Assembly: GCA_965644495.1 (NCBI GenBank)
Contig: CBFFSA010000002.1
Span: 558,001 to 622,000, forward strand
DNA length: 64,000 nt
Direction: 5' to 3'
From: Perkinsela sp. CCAP 1560/9
Lineage: Eukaryota; Protista; Euglenozoa: Kinetoplastea
How positions within the stretch are numbered: the first letter of the stretch is position 1; every line of letters starts with the position of its first letter. The notes beneath the pieces are model-generated. The model ran no database searches. It saw nothing but the letters and a program-made list of their open reading frames with translations, and was not told the DNA's origin. Shown piece after piece: positions 44,935-57,396 of this stretch. A program made the position numbers and the translations under genes.

Positions 44935-46529
44935 CTTTAATAAAGTAAAATAAAGTTTTTTTTGCGAATAAAGTTACTATATAGTACTTTATTGACTTTA
45001 TTTTACTATAAAACTTTAAAAAACTTTATTTTTCATTTTTCAAAAAAAGCGACAGAATACGGCTGCCTAGTGGAACAGTGGACTTTACTGACGGGTGGCG
45101 TGTCCAAAAATCTGTCGGGGCAACACTCTGGACTGTAGGAGTCTACAAAACTCCATGAGGAGTTACGGTGTATCAGTAATGGCTCTACAGGAGACGCGTT
45201 TGTTGTTAAAAAGTGGGGATCCGATTCTTCATCGTCGGCTTTACCTTGCTGGAAAAATCTATCTATCTTGTTATCTAAAAGGGGTCGGGGAGAAAGCCCT
45301 CGTCAACCTTTTGTTATTCTGACATATTTCATGCCCCCTGGCGCGATCGCGCGGCTCGTCCCGTCGAAGAAGCTGGCCAGAAGAGTGGGGAAGTTGGGGG
45401 GAAGCCTCAATGGAGGACGCGAATGTGACAGACAGTCAAATGCGATGTATGGTTCAGCGTCTCGGGCAAGTTTCGCACTAGTGTTGAAGCATCGTGAAAT
45501 TTCATATTTGTGTCCTTTGATCGCCGAAATCCCCTTTCTGATCAGGTCTCAGAAGTATAAATTCTCAGCGCATCGATGCTTGATTTCCGACGAGAGAGAG
45601 ACCGCAGCGTTTGAGCTATTAAACTCTTTTTCTGCTCGTGCTGCGTGCTTCGTTTTCGTCAGAAATGCGGAGACATGTCGCGGGTCATCGTCGAAATGCG
45701 TGCCAGGCCGTAAAAATACACTCATCCAGGAAGCATTGAAATTGCTCTTGTGAATCTAATTCGAATAAACCTTTCTGGGGATCTCTTCGCAATGAAAATA
45801 TAAGGGACACGTTTATTAACAACATTGCGAGCTCAATGCAAGGGAGCAGCAAAAGACAGAGAGACAGTGTAATGGTTCATGTAATGTGGGATAGACTCTC
45901 GAGTGCGATAAAAAGAGCGTCAGAACAGCTACCAAAGCGCATTTCTAACACAAAGAGAAATCAAGGAGAAGATTCAGATACAGATATGTTTGACATGAAA
46001 TCCATCGTTAATATAGCCAGAAATCGTAAGGCATTTGACCATTTTTGCAAGAACACACGAAGATAAAATTACTCAATGTGTAGAAGAAGAGTGCGAAATC
46101 CTAGGAGAAGACTTGTCCAAGCACTCTAAAAGCGCTTACCAAGCTATTAGATGAGCAGGTGTTTTTCTGGAGCCATGTAGTCGGTCTCACAGACCTCTGG
46201 CGATCAAAAAGCGTTTACGTCCACCTTCAAGACACAACTTACACTCTGCTACTTGCTTGTCGGCTTCAGCGCTCTTCATTTCAATGAAAAATTCCTTGCA
46301 GAACTTTCCTCGGATGAGTTATCCATAGGAAAGGGAAAGGAAAGATGAAGGAGACAATAAATACAAGATTATGTACATTGGATGTGTACGTTCAAAAGTA
46401 AATGTGCTAAAGAGCCGTCAGCCTCCTTAAAAAGTGAAAGGGAAAAATAAAGTAAACTAAAGTTTTTTTTAAAAAATAAAGTTACTATAAAGTACTTTAT
46501 TTAAAGTTTTAAAGTTTCCGCGAACCCTG
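44935..46529. mobile_element. hAT-like non-autonomous element (left TIR eroded) enclosing a degraded LINE APE fragment
   Basis: Flanking direct repeat GTATGTTT(C); right end CCGCGAACCCTG; TAAAGT subterminal repeats; internal VMALQETRL. Confidence 0.5.
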
Positions 46530-47090
46530 GTATGTTTCAGGTTGAGGTGAAAATTTTCCACTCAAAAAAAAAAAAACGCGCCGCTTCGCGGCGCTCTTCT
46601 TTCTATTATGTGGTTTTGAGCGCCTAAGCGCTGTAAATGGCGTTTATGTTCCAGTGCTGCGCATGGGTAATCGCGTGATGGGATGTTCAGGGGGGCATAA
46701 TACAATAATGCGCAAAAGAAGAAGTCTGGATGTGTAATATAATGTCTGTATGTGGCAGAACACACAACACTCTGAATCAGTCCGTTGACGCATCGTACAG
46801 GGGTGCGAAAAGATGCTGGGGGGTCTAAAATTGGCATTTTTTGCGCAATTTGGAAAATAATAGCGCACTCGATATGTTTTGGCGCTATTATCAAGTTAAA
46901 AGAAAACAAATTTGAAAAAGATATTTTTTAAAGGTTTTTTACCCCCTAAAAGTTGCAGCTTTTTCAATTTTTGCAGTTTTTTCCGTATTTTTTTGTTTTT
47001 CAGCTATTAACTATTATGCCGCAAAAGCGATCCCGCTCTAAGCAAAACAGTAAAAGCTTATCTGATAGATCACATGAACCCCCGGGGATT

Positions 47091-47750
47091 CTGAGGAACA
47101 ACATCAGCAACGCCCTCGCGGCGCAGCTGAGATGATACCTCTCGCGCAGAATTTCCGGAGAACACAAGTCGTCGCACACGGCGTGTGCACGGCTCGGAAA
47201 GCTTTCGAGGGCGTCCACCCTGCATCCTGAGAGTATCAGGCCTTTCTTTTTTAATATCATAGAAATTGTTGAGATACTTAAATTTACTGTATCAGAGATG
47301 GACCTCATAGACACACCGCTGTCGTAGAGCTCTGCAATTTGTTTCTTTACGTAACGTGGTGTGGGCCTCATATAGAGTGCAAAATGTAACTGTGTAAGAT
47401 AAACAATGTAATAGTGTAAGATAAACTCTATAACCTAAAATTCTTCTTACCTAAAATTCTTATTTTCTATGAGGCCCACACCACGTTACGTAAAGAAACA
47501 AATTGCAGAGCTCTACGACAGCGGTGTGTCTATGAGGTCCATCTCTGATACAGTAAATTTAAGTATCTCAACAATTTCTATGATATTAAAAAAAGAAAGG
47601 CCTGATACTCTCAGGATGCAGGGTGGACGCCCTCGAAAGCTTTCCGAGCCGTGCACACGCCGTGTGCGACGACTTGTGTTCTCCGGAAATTCTGCGCGAG
47701 AGGTATCATCTCAGCTGCGCCGCGAGGGCGTTGCTGATGTTGTTCCTCAG
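47091..47750. repeat. ~282-bp inverted duplication of a transposase 5' end with ~95-bp spacer
   Basis: 47091-47372 is the reverse complement of 47468-47750 (one indel in an A-run). Confidence 0.95.
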
Positions 47751-48792
47751 TCTATCCGAGTTTCGATGCACCGCTTCGGACACAAAGGTAGAAAGCGTGT
47801 CCGCAAGCCCTACCTGTCCAAGCGCCATCGCAAGCTTCGGATGGACTTTGCCACGGCACATGAGCACTGGACAGTGCACGACTGGGCTCCAGTTGTATGG
47901 TCGGACGAGACGAAGATCTCGCGCTTTGAAACGGGGGGAAGTCTTTGGACATGGGGGACCCCGGGGGAGGAACTGGGTGAAAAAGGGGTAATTCCCACGG
48001 TAAAGTACGGAGGGGGGCACATCATGATTTGGGCGTGCATGTCCCGAAGCGGTGTGGGGCATGTGCGTCTAGTTCAGGGAACCTGAACATGTGCGTCTAG
48101 TTCAGGGAACCTGAACGCCACACAGTACGTCGAGATTCTTGAAGAGAATCTTGCCCCCTCCATCGAAACTATGGGTCTAGACCCCCCAATGGTCATCTTC
48201 CAACAAGATAATGACCCCAAGCACACAAGCCATTGTGCGCAACGGCACCTCCGGGGTACCGGGTTTGAAGTCATGCGGTGGCCCCCGCAGTCCCCTGACT
48301 TAAATCCAATCGAAAACGTTTTGGGGGGAACTCAAGCGGCGCCTTGCAGCGCACGATGATCCACCAAGCGGGGTCCGAGAGTTGTGGGAGAGGGTAAAAA
48401 TGGAATGGGCGAACATACCACCCTCAGTATGTCGTGCCCAGGTGGACAGTATGCCTGCCCGTATGAAGGCAGTGCTGAAGGCTCGTGGGGGGAATACTAA
48501 ATACTAATTTTACGGGCATAATCTCTCTTGGGCGATTACGTTTCATCTATTTTTTGGGACAAGATTTTCTCTATAATAGGTAGCAAAAAAACCTTTCGAA
48601 TGCTAAACGTTTTTATATTTATTCTTATTTCTTTGGTAGAACGAACTGAGGTGAACTATCTACGGGTACTATTAGGTGACACTCATGCCTACACTACTAG
48701 CACACATTACCAGCGCAACGGTGATATTTAATCAATAGCTCTATACAAAAGAAGAAAAAACCGAAACATTCGAACGGTTTTTTTGCTGACTG
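47469..48792 (+). mobile_element. Tc1 DD34E transposon, disrupted by a 28-bp tandem duplication at 48060-48115; right TIR present
   Basis: VWSDET, TVKYGGG, FQQDNDPKH, WPPQSPDLNPIE; right end ...TTTTGCTGACTG-TA. Confidence 0.9.
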
Positions 48793-48820
48793 TATATACA
48801 TTGCTGACTGTATATATATA

Positions 48821-50149
48821 TAAACCCCTCGACACAATAAAGCACCCCCCTCTAAAATTTGTATGGTAAGTCCGTTTGAGCTAATTCTTGCGGCATTTTG
48901 CAGATCTCAGTGAATAGACTTTGCGCACCTTGTAAAATTGTCCTGGGGTGACTAAGGTAAAATATAAGTAGACGATTACCACTTTTTCACTTTTTCTCCC
49001 TTGCACTTTACGTAGGCTTCTAGTCGACGATCGAAGCTTAAAACAGTTTTATTTATTTCCTTCGGGGGATTTCTTTAAATGCTTTTTTTACACACCTAAT
49101 AAGCGAAGTAGTACTGGAGGGGTTCATTCCACATACTCGCTGCTGTATCATTTCCCATACATTTTCTATAGGATTGAGGTCAGGTGAGTTGGCAGGCCAA
49201 TTTTTGATATACTGAATTTCTAATTCAAAAAGATAAGACTTTGTCATTTTTGCAGTGTGTGCGCCTGCTCCATCTTGTTGAAAAATAAAATTACGGGGGA
49301 AAGGAGTTTTACGCAGGGTTTTAATATACGTTTCGCTCGTAATTGAGCTGTCATTGGGAAGAATAGCTAGATAACGCCACCCAACTCCAATGGCACCCCA
49401 CACATGGCATTTTGGGGCTCAACGCATTTTCTGCCTTGGAGCAGCCTTTTCGCCCGGGGCAACCCAAATTTTTTTAGGCATATCATTAGTATCAATGATT
49501 TTTTCATCAGAAAATACAATTATGCGTGAATCCCCATTCCATGCTAAGGCAAACTCAACCCTTTTAGCCTTCTGACGTTCGGTCAACGCCATAGTAACCG
49601 GGCGTGGGGAATAAGTATATTTCATTGCTTTTAAGTCACGTTGAACAGTGCGTTTTGTGACATGTACCCCCTTTTTACTCAATCTCCCAGCAATGCATCT
49701 AGCGCTGCTGTGTTTCGGCACTCCAGCAAGGTCTTTTGGTGAAATAATGGTTACTATTTTTTTTCTGCGACGTAAGATATTTTTTTTCGGTGTAAATATT
49801 TTGGTTTTATTGGTTTCTTTTGCTTTCAAATATTGCCTCACATATTTTACAGAAATATTAAATTCTCGTGCAAGTTGCTTCTTTGGGACACCGTCCTCGA
49901 ACCTCAGGCGCAATAATGTCTTACCTATAGGGGTCATCCCCCCCTTTGGGGGACGGTACTTGGATTTTACCATGAAATTTTAGAAAAAAATATTTCTGAA
50001 ACTGATTTTTTTAAAAGTTTTAAATGAAGCTAAAAACCCCGGGAACGTGCAAATCTCAAAATTCTGGACGATAAAGTGGTGCTGCAACCCCCATGGGTCC
50101 CCGCACGCAAAAAATAAAGGGGGGTGCTTTATTCGTGTCGAGGGGTTTA
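48821..50149 (-). mobile_element. Tc1-like DD35E transposon (TAAACCCCT family), frameshifted
   Basis: TIRs at both ends in (TA)n; VFSDEK, FQQDGA, WPANSPDLNPIE. Confidence 0.9.
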
Positions 50150-50553
50150 TATATTATAAAATATATATATATATTTATAAGAATATATAATAATATATAT
50201 ATGAGGGGCTGCGGGTGTGCATCACCGAACCCGCACCGAACCCGCGCTTTGCATTTGAGGTCGAACGAGGTCTATTTTAGACCCAAAAAATGGGTTGTAC
50301 ACGTACAAAGTAGCTTAAAGTGTAGTTTTTTTAGTTTGTTACCGTACATAGCCGCCTTACTGTGAAAATACGGTGTACGCTGTATGCGGTGCTGTATACG
50401 AACGGTGTATGCATTACACAAATCAAATGTACAATTAATATACCCTCCACAATACATGCATAATTCTTTTACATTATCCTCCTTTTTATATGATGAGCCC
50501 TGTTGAGAGCAACGAAGATTTCACTTCACGTATGAAAGTAACATCTGCGAGGG

Positions 50554-51156
50554 ATGATGACGTATACGACGTCATTGTCGCATCGCTTATGCGCACCTTC
50601 ACGAAGCGCAAAACTCCTTTCGCCCCCCCCAGCGCTCGTTGTCACTGAGGAGGAGTTGGGGGCCAAGGTGGAAGAATGCGTGAGGCGCGGATCGCGCACG
50701 ATGGACAGCTACTTACATGCCACACGCTCTGTGTGTGGCGTGGAGGTTAGCTCCCAAGTGCTGCAGCGTGTCATCTTCCACCTTGTGGAGCGCCGAGGAC
50801 ACCTTCTCTTGTATTGTCTGCCACGAGGGGTCTACTTCCTTGCAGAGGCGACGCGTGATCTGGAAGCTTTCTTGGAACAGAACCCTCTCTACGCCCCTCC
50901 TCATGAAGGAGCTGTGGGGGAGTTCGTGGAGAACGTGTGGCGTTCTGTTTCAGGAAAGCGTTCCAGATCATGCACTCTGTGGCGCAAACGGAAGAGTGGC
51001 CAGGGTAAAGAAAATGTAGCAGAGGAATCCCTTTCTTCTACGGTGATCTCTTCACCCAACTTGCGCACTCAACCTTCCTCGCTCCCTCAACCTTCGCTTG
51101 GGGAAGCCCCTTTGAAGCCACGTTCCTCTCGCGTGATGCGCTTTCCTTCCCTTTAG
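50554..51156 (+). CDS. Hypothetical 200-aa ORF inside the TIR element
   Basis: ATG-initiated GC-rich ORF in AT-rich flanks; no motif recognised. Confidence 0.35.
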   Translation: MMTYTTSLSHRLCAPSRSAKLLSPPPALVVTEEELGAKVEECVRRGSRTMDSYLHATRSVCGVEVSSQVLQRVIFHLVERRGHLLLYCLPRGVYFLAEATRDLEAFLEQNPLYAPPHEGAVGEFVENVWRSVSGKRSRSCTLWRKRKSGQGKENVAEESLSSTVISSPNLRTQPSSLPQPSLGEAPLKPRSSRVMRFPSL

Positions 51157-51305
51157 TTTTCCCTCGCAGAAGCGAACGTTTCCCGCACAAAGTGTACGTA
51201 AGAGAAAAAGAGTTCTAATTCAAGAGAAGTGATAAGCACGTTTTTTTTGAAGTTTGAAGTGCTAACCTTTATATCATTCATTTTTTAGATATCATGCATC
51301 TTGTA

Positions 51306-52418
51306 TCATGTATAAGTTAGGTATCTTACCCATGAATGTCATCTTATATGTATCATGAATAAGTTAGGTATCTTACCCATGAATGTCATCTTATATGTAT
51401 CATGAATAAGTTAGGTATCCTACCCATGAATGTCATCTAAACCCCTCCGCACCAATAAGGCACCCGCCCTTAACTTTTCAGCCAATTGTCCGTTTGGGGT
51501 GATTTTTGTTGCATTTTGCAGATCTCAACACAAAGACTTTGCGCGTGAAGAAATGAGACAAAAAGAAACGAATACCTATATTTTAGGTAGAGATTACGAT
51601 TTTCTCACTTTTTCTCCGTTACTCGCCACACAAGCTTTGAGGCGAGCATCGAAGCTCAAAACCGAATCATCAATATATTCTTGAGGCAATTTACGCCAAG
51701 CTTTACGTACGCTTTTTATGAGATCTTCTTTAGTTGCAGGATTGTATTCATCTACAAAATTTTGTACCATGCTCCACACGTTTTCTATTGGTGAGAGATC
51801 GGGGGAGTTGAGCGGACAATTTTTCAATAATTTCATGTTGCCGTCCTCAAGGTACGCTTTTGTTTCCTTGGCAGTCTAAGGTGTTGCCCCATCTTGCTGA
51901 AAAATACAGTTTGGGGTGAATGGTACTTTTTTTAATGTTTTAATGTACGAAACACATGTAATTGAGATGGATGGGAGAATAACAAGGTGTCCTTGGATTC
52001 CTTTTTTTTACTTCAGGGCTCAGAGTGTAAATTTTCAGGCGAATTGTTTTTCAAATATTTTCGAATATGTTTCACATTGACATTAAACTCGCGGGCTACT
52101 TGCCTTATCGCAACCCCTTGGCCAAGCCTCATGCGCAATAACACTTTTCCACTTTCTGTAAGACCACCCCTGGGAAGTCGATACGTATTTCTTGACATGA
52201 AAAGTGATTTTTTTAAAAAAAAACATCCAACTCTTTTTTAGTTTTCGAAATGACCTAAAGACAACGGGAACGAACAGGTCTCAAAATTTTGCACGATAAA
52301 GTGGTGCGATAACCCCCCTAGCCCCCCTCGCGCAAAAAATAAGGGTGGGTGCCTTTTTGATGCGGAGGGGTTTATGTATCATGAATAAGTTAGGTATCTT
52401 ACCCATGAATGTCATCTT
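51306..52418. repeat. 47-bp tandem repeat split by the Tc1 derivative
   Basis: CATGAATAAGTTAGGTATCTTACCCATGAATGTCATCTTATATGTAT at 51354 and 51401, resuming near 52375. Confidence 0.85.
51438..52374 (-). mobile_element. Internally deleted Tc1-like transposon, sister of 29073-30019
   Basis: Same TIRs and same internal deletion junction (GGAGAATAACAAGGTGTCCTTGG). Confidence 0.9.
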
Positions 52419-52733
52419 ACTTTTTGTTTTCTCTCTAGGCGTCCTGCAATTCTATCATGTACGGCATTACCAGAGAGCAACTCACAGATTTTTTTCTTGA
52501 GCTACAGAGAGCAAGTCCTCTTGTCGCCACGGACACTGATCTCAGACGCCTTAGCTCTTCCTTAGCTATGTGCGCTTTGAACTGCACATGGGAGCAACTG
52601 TAAGATTTACAGCCCATGTGGATTGCTCCCGAAACTCCTCCTCTATCCATCAGGATAGAGGCCGAACCCGCACCGAACCCGCGCCGAACCCGCACCGAAC
52701 CCGCGATCCGCAGCCCCTCATATATATATATTA

Positions 52734-54077
52734 TAAACCCCTGGCCACCAATAAGGCACCCCCTCTTATTTTTTGCATGAGGGGGTATGGCAGGGTTATC
52801 ATACCATGTTTTCGTTCAAAATTTTGAGATCTGTACGTTCCCGCTGTTTTTAGCTCATGAAAAATAAAAAAATAAAAAAATATTTTACCACTTTAACATT
52901 AGGGTCGATTTATGAAAAAATCATTCCGCAGGCCTCCGAAAGGTGGCCTCAGCCCCCTGGGGAAGGAACTCATGCTTTTAAGGTTTCAAGATGGCATCCC
53001 AAAGAAACGAATAGCACGTGAATTGAATGTAAGCGTGAAATACATTCGAAAATACCTCCGTGATCACCCCAAAATTGAGACGAAAAAAAGCCTAAAGAAA
53101 TCCCCACAGAAAAAAAAAATAAAGTCTCGTAAAAAAAGGATTGAAACCATTCTTTCTAAGAAAGATGCGGCAGGGGTGCCAAAGTACAACAGTTCAAAGC
53201 GTATTTCTGTTGTTTTGTGCAGAAAGGGTGTTACTGCAAGCCCTCGAACTGTTCGTCGAGATTTGAGGCAAGCAGGGCATCAATATAGGCCACGCCCAAT
53301 TTCACAAGGGCTCACCGCTGTACAAAAAGAAAAACGCGTACAGTTTTCTTTAAATTACAAAGAGGACACATCGAAATTGATATTCTCAGATGAGAAGGTG
53401 TTTGATACAAACGATAATCGAATGAAAATGTGGGTAAAAAAAGGAGAGACCCCTGCAAAGAGACTAAAGGTGCGCTGGGCGCCTAAGTGTCAGGTGTGGG
53501 GTGCTATAGGAATTAACTGGAGATGCTTAAAAATTTTATCCAGCAGGACCTCTATTACCCACGAAACATACATAGACACACTAAAACATGTTTATTTCCC
53601 CCGCAAAAGAATATTTCAACAAGATGGTGCCACCGCTCATACGGCCAAGGCCACCATAAATTACCTGAACAAACGAAAAATTAATCTACTAAAAAATTGG
53701 CCCCCAAATTCTCCCGATCTTTCTCCCATTGAAAACATATGGTCAATGGTACAACAAGACGTAAATGAAAAGCTACCATCTACAGTTTCCGAACTGCAAA
53801 GGTGTATTCTAAACACATGGAGTTCTTTACCTACTGAGATGATAAATGATACCATCTTAAGCTTCGATCGTAGACTGAACGCCTGCGTCGAACTAGGTGG
53901 CGAAAAGGTAAAAAAGTGGTAAATAGTTTCCACTTTATAAATAGCTATAGGACTAGTGACCAAGTGTGGGATGACATAAATCCCGAACTGAGATCTGCAA
54001 AATGCCATTGAAATTAGCTCAAACAAACAAAGCATCGAATTTTTAGAGGGGGGTGCCTTATTTTGGCCAGGGGTTTA
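52734..54077 (+). mobile_element. Apparently intact Tc1-like DD35E transposon
   Basis: ~30-bp TIRs TAAACCCCTGGCCA..AATAAGGCACCCCC in (TA)n. Confidence 0.95.
52912..53922 (+). CDS. IS630/Tc1/mariner transposase, 336 aa, DD35E
   Basis: HTH, IFSDEK, FQQDGA, WPPNSPDLSPIE; 35 residues between the second D and E. Confidence 0.95.
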   Translation: MKKSFRRPPKGGLSPLGKELMLLRFQDGIPKKRIARELNVSVKYIRKYLRDHPKIETKKSLKKSPQKKKIKSRKKRIETILSKKDAAGVPKYNSSKRISVVLCRKGVTASPRTVRRDLRQAGHQYRPRPISQGLTAVQKEKRVQFSLNYKEDTSKLIFSDEKVFDTNDNRMKMWVKKGETPAKRLKVRWAPKCQVWGAIGINWRCLKILSSRTSITHETYIDTLKHVYFPRKRIFQQDGATAHTAKATINYLNKRKINLLKNWPPNSPDLSPIENIWSMVQQDVNEKLPSTVSELQRCILNTWSSLPTEMINDTILSFDRRLNACVELGGEKVKKW

Positions 54078-54094
54078 TATTATATAATAATAGG

Positions 54095-54138
<44 letters not shown>

Positions 54139-54139
54139 T

Positions 54140-54499
54140 GAATCCAGATATTGGAGTTCTATATGATGTCACAGTTGTCCACACACTATGCAGCAGTTAC
54201 CAAAAACAGACCAGCAAAGCCCTGTTAGAGAGTGCCGTAGAAAGAAACATCGGAAATACGTTGTAGAGAAGGGATTAGAACCAGAGTATTTTCGTTGCAT
54301 CGCTTTAACGGATTGTGGAATGTTACATGAAGATACCAAGGTCTTGATCAAAGCCCTTGCAAAACGAGCGGATTCTGACCCAAAAGTTATACGTGAAGCT
54401 TTTCAATTGGAAAATGAAAAGTTTGCGGCTTACACTATCGTATCGCAATTGCGGAACCACATACAGGGTGAAAAATGGCTAGGTGGCATAAGCCTTTGA
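54140..54499 (+). pseudogene. C-terminal RLE fragment of another CRE/SLACS-like element
   Basis: YDVTVVH..CSSY then K.RKY..F.CIALTDCGMLH. Confidence 0.55.
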
Positions 54500-56232
54500 A
54501 GTCAAATAATCTTCTAGTCTCCAAAGTCAAGTCTATCTCGTATTATTCAACATGGGCACAGATACAGTAGAAGTTCACGGAAGGAAATTTAGGAGGGGCT
54601 TTATAGTGATGAAAATTGGCCGACGGGCATTGTACGTTTTATTTATGAATAGTTTCTATAGTGATACATGGAAATAAATATTTTATTTATTTTGATAGTA
54701 GTCTTCAAGTTTTGCTAAGTGCTACGAGTTGTCTGGTATCGTTGATGCGGTGCGACGGGCGGTGTCGATGACACGAGCTGAAAGTCCGCCTCCCGTCGCT
54801 CCTGATCCTCCTGCATCTCGACGTCGAGGGCCACGACGCGAGCGCAGGGATGGAACGCTGAATCCCGAGCAGGTGGAAGACCGCGAGACCCGTTTAATGA
54901 CTGATGTCGAAAAAGGAGAGTTCCAAGCTCGAATAGTTGATATTTTGCGAGCGAAGCGAAAGGTTAGGATCAAGGCTGTGTGGGCGGAGCAGGGGGATGA
55001 TTTTCAGCAGGTCGTCGAAGGGTCAGTCTCTTTTAAGTTCCCCAAAAAAACGAAACAATGATGAGTTGGTTGCAAAGTGGGATGACGAACCTAACAAAAG
55101 CTATCCTTTTCCTCATCCGCGAATTCGATATTTTGCCCTTGAGATCGTGCAGGTTGATAGCTGTATGCCGGACGGTACTGAAGACGGTTCCCTCGCGGCT
55201 CAGCAGGCAGAGATGGACCTACGCGCTGTGGTTCCCGATGACCCAAAGAATTTCTCCCCGTACGATCCGACTACGTGGGGACCTTGGTTGAATGCTGGCG
55301 ATGAGTTTAAAGCAAGAGATTTGATTAGGGAGCTGCGGGATGCACCCCAGTTAGGAGTCCGATTTAATCCCCCACCGCAACGCGAACGACTTTTCAAGCT
55401 CTTGATCGAATGAATTTATTCTGCCCGTGAGTGGCAGGACTGGCGGGATGGTCATTTTCTAAACATGGCAGTGATAGTTGTAGAAGAGCTTCGCAGCCAC
55501 TACTGGGCCGCCGCCGGAGTGGAAGTTGAACGTGTTCATCAAAAGCTGTACAAGGAGGAGAACCCGGGAGACAAATACGGTCAAGCCATGATTGAAGAGC
55601 ATTTGCGTGCTACACAGCTAAATCGCACGCGCGGACGGACATTCTGTCAACGAGTCTGTTATAACTGTCGGCAAACTGGACATTTTCGGGCCGACTGCCC
55701 CGCCTTGAATCGATCGGGTTTCGGGCGAGGGGTGGCAAGCAGCACCGTGACCAGCACCGCGGCAACGACGATGCGTGGTGCTCGCGGCGAAAGACGGCCT
55801 TACTAGGAAATGGCCCCCACCCCGAATACTGCTTGTGCCCAGCCGTTGAAACGACGGCGGGTGATTTTATTAAACACGTCCTATCATTCTTCGAGACAAG
55901 AACTCACGATGCATCGTGCCGTGCAGCGACAAATTCGTCCATCCAACAACACGATTCGGCAAAACACCTCGACTATGCACAGTCTGACCTCCAAAATTCA
56001 TGAAACCCAACCACAGCGACGGGGCGAATAGTGGTAACGGCTGTACAGCCTATGTGGACGCAAGGGACCTGGCTTTCGAGAAGTCGACTATGGACGAGGA
56101 TGGAAGAATTTTGTCGAAAGCAGCGACACGTCACACCTCGACACGTCACAGTTATGTGAAAAACCTGCAGTCCGTACTCAACCTGATGTCGTACGAAGTG
56201 ACCCCGCTAAAATTCTACTCAAGAGCTCTTCA

Positions 56233-56668
56233 GAAGAAGAAGAGAAGAAGAAGACACGGAGGGATCTGCAGCGCCAACCGTTAGGGTAGAGTCTCAAGTC
56301 ACTGACCTTCATTGTCTTGCTACCCCCTTCCCGGACGGCACTCGACGCCTTGCGGCCCGAGAACGGCTACCCAACCGTAGCTCCCAGGACGGGCGTCCAA
56401 CCCCGTTGCATCGTGTAGGCTGTGTCTCAAGCCTCCTTTGCGTAAGCAGCTCGCAATTTAGCGGGTGCGCTGGAGCCTGGTTCAGCCCGGCGGTTCCGGG
56501 TCGGTCCTCCAGGGGAGCAGGGTTTGGTTGGGCCTTGAAGGCACTCCTGATCGCTCTCCCTTTGTAGTGAGGCAGCCAGGTTGCGAGTTTTGTCGATAGC
56601 GGGAATCGAACCCACAACCTGCAGGTTATAAGGCCCATCGTCTACCAACTACGCCCGCACCGCTCCTG
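56233..56668 (-). mobile_element. tRNA-derived SINE with (TTC)n tail and GAGCTCTTCA target duplication
   Basis: Minus-strand head TAGTTGGTAG..CTTATAA..GTGGGTTCGATTCCCGC; removing it restores the YR frame YSRALQ-AQGALEP. Confidence 0.75.
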
Positions 56669-57198
56669 GAGCTCTTCAAGCCCAAGGCCTCCTAGAGCTC
56701 TTCAAGCCCAAGGCGCACTGGAGCCACAAAGGCAGATGCTGCCCGTCACGCCTTATTTACTAAAGAAGCTAGCTTGTCGAGTTACAGCGTCGGAATGGAT
56801 GGCGATACTAATTTGTTGGAAGGCGGCAGCCAGGTGGACAGAGGTTACGCAGCTAACAAGAGTGAACTTCGTGCTGATACATCCGGAAGAAATTGTCATT
56901 TATCGGGGAAGGACGACGAAAAGCACGCGACTCAACCCATATCGACCGTTTGATTTTTGATTTTTTTAGGCATTATATCTCCGAGGAGATGTTACCTCCC
57001 TAGAACAAGCCCCCCCTTATCGCTTGCTAGGAGCTGTGCCACGCAGCACGCAAGTCAAATCCGAAGATTTCACCAGATCGAGCGCGAGCAGCCAGCTTAT
57101 CTTTTTTTTTAACCCCTTTCATATACTACAAGATCTTCTTTATGAAAAAAACACTTCTTTTGAAGTGAAAAAACACAACACACTCCAAAGATTATGCT

Positions 57199-57396
57199 GA
57201 ATGACACCCACCCTAGTTCCTTAGTACCTTGTTATATCCGGTACCGGGCGGTGTCATTCTCACGCTGCGATGTCTGGGTGACCGTTACCCTAGTTATTTT
57301 GTGCCTTGTTTTGCTGGCACCGGGTAGTGTCATCCGCGGGGCCTTGATCGTACCCACCCTAGGTATGTAGCGTCTTGTTGTGCGACGCCGGGTGAG
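57199..57396. ncRNA. Three tandem covarying stem-loop modules
   Basis: ACCC-TAG-N7-stem-TTGTT-N4-6-stem-C-GGG with stems GTACC/GGTAC, GTGCC/GGCAC, GCGTC/GACGC. Confidence 0.65.

Larger units (their letters stand above)
50203..52719. mobile_element. Non-autonomous element with 12-bp TIRs GAGGGGCTGCGG, CCGAACCCGCA subterminal repeats and (TA)n flanks
   Basis: Inverted ends; carries ORF 50554-51156, a 47-bp tandem repeat and a nested Tc1 derivative. Confidence 0.7.

Noticed and set aside
56278-56290. Telomerase-template-like ACCCTAAC in the SINE
   Set aside because: A single short match expected by chance
56592-56665. Functional tRNA-Ile(TAT) gene
   Set aside because: Acceptor and anticodon stems pair poorly, and the sequence is the head of a TSD-flanked insertion
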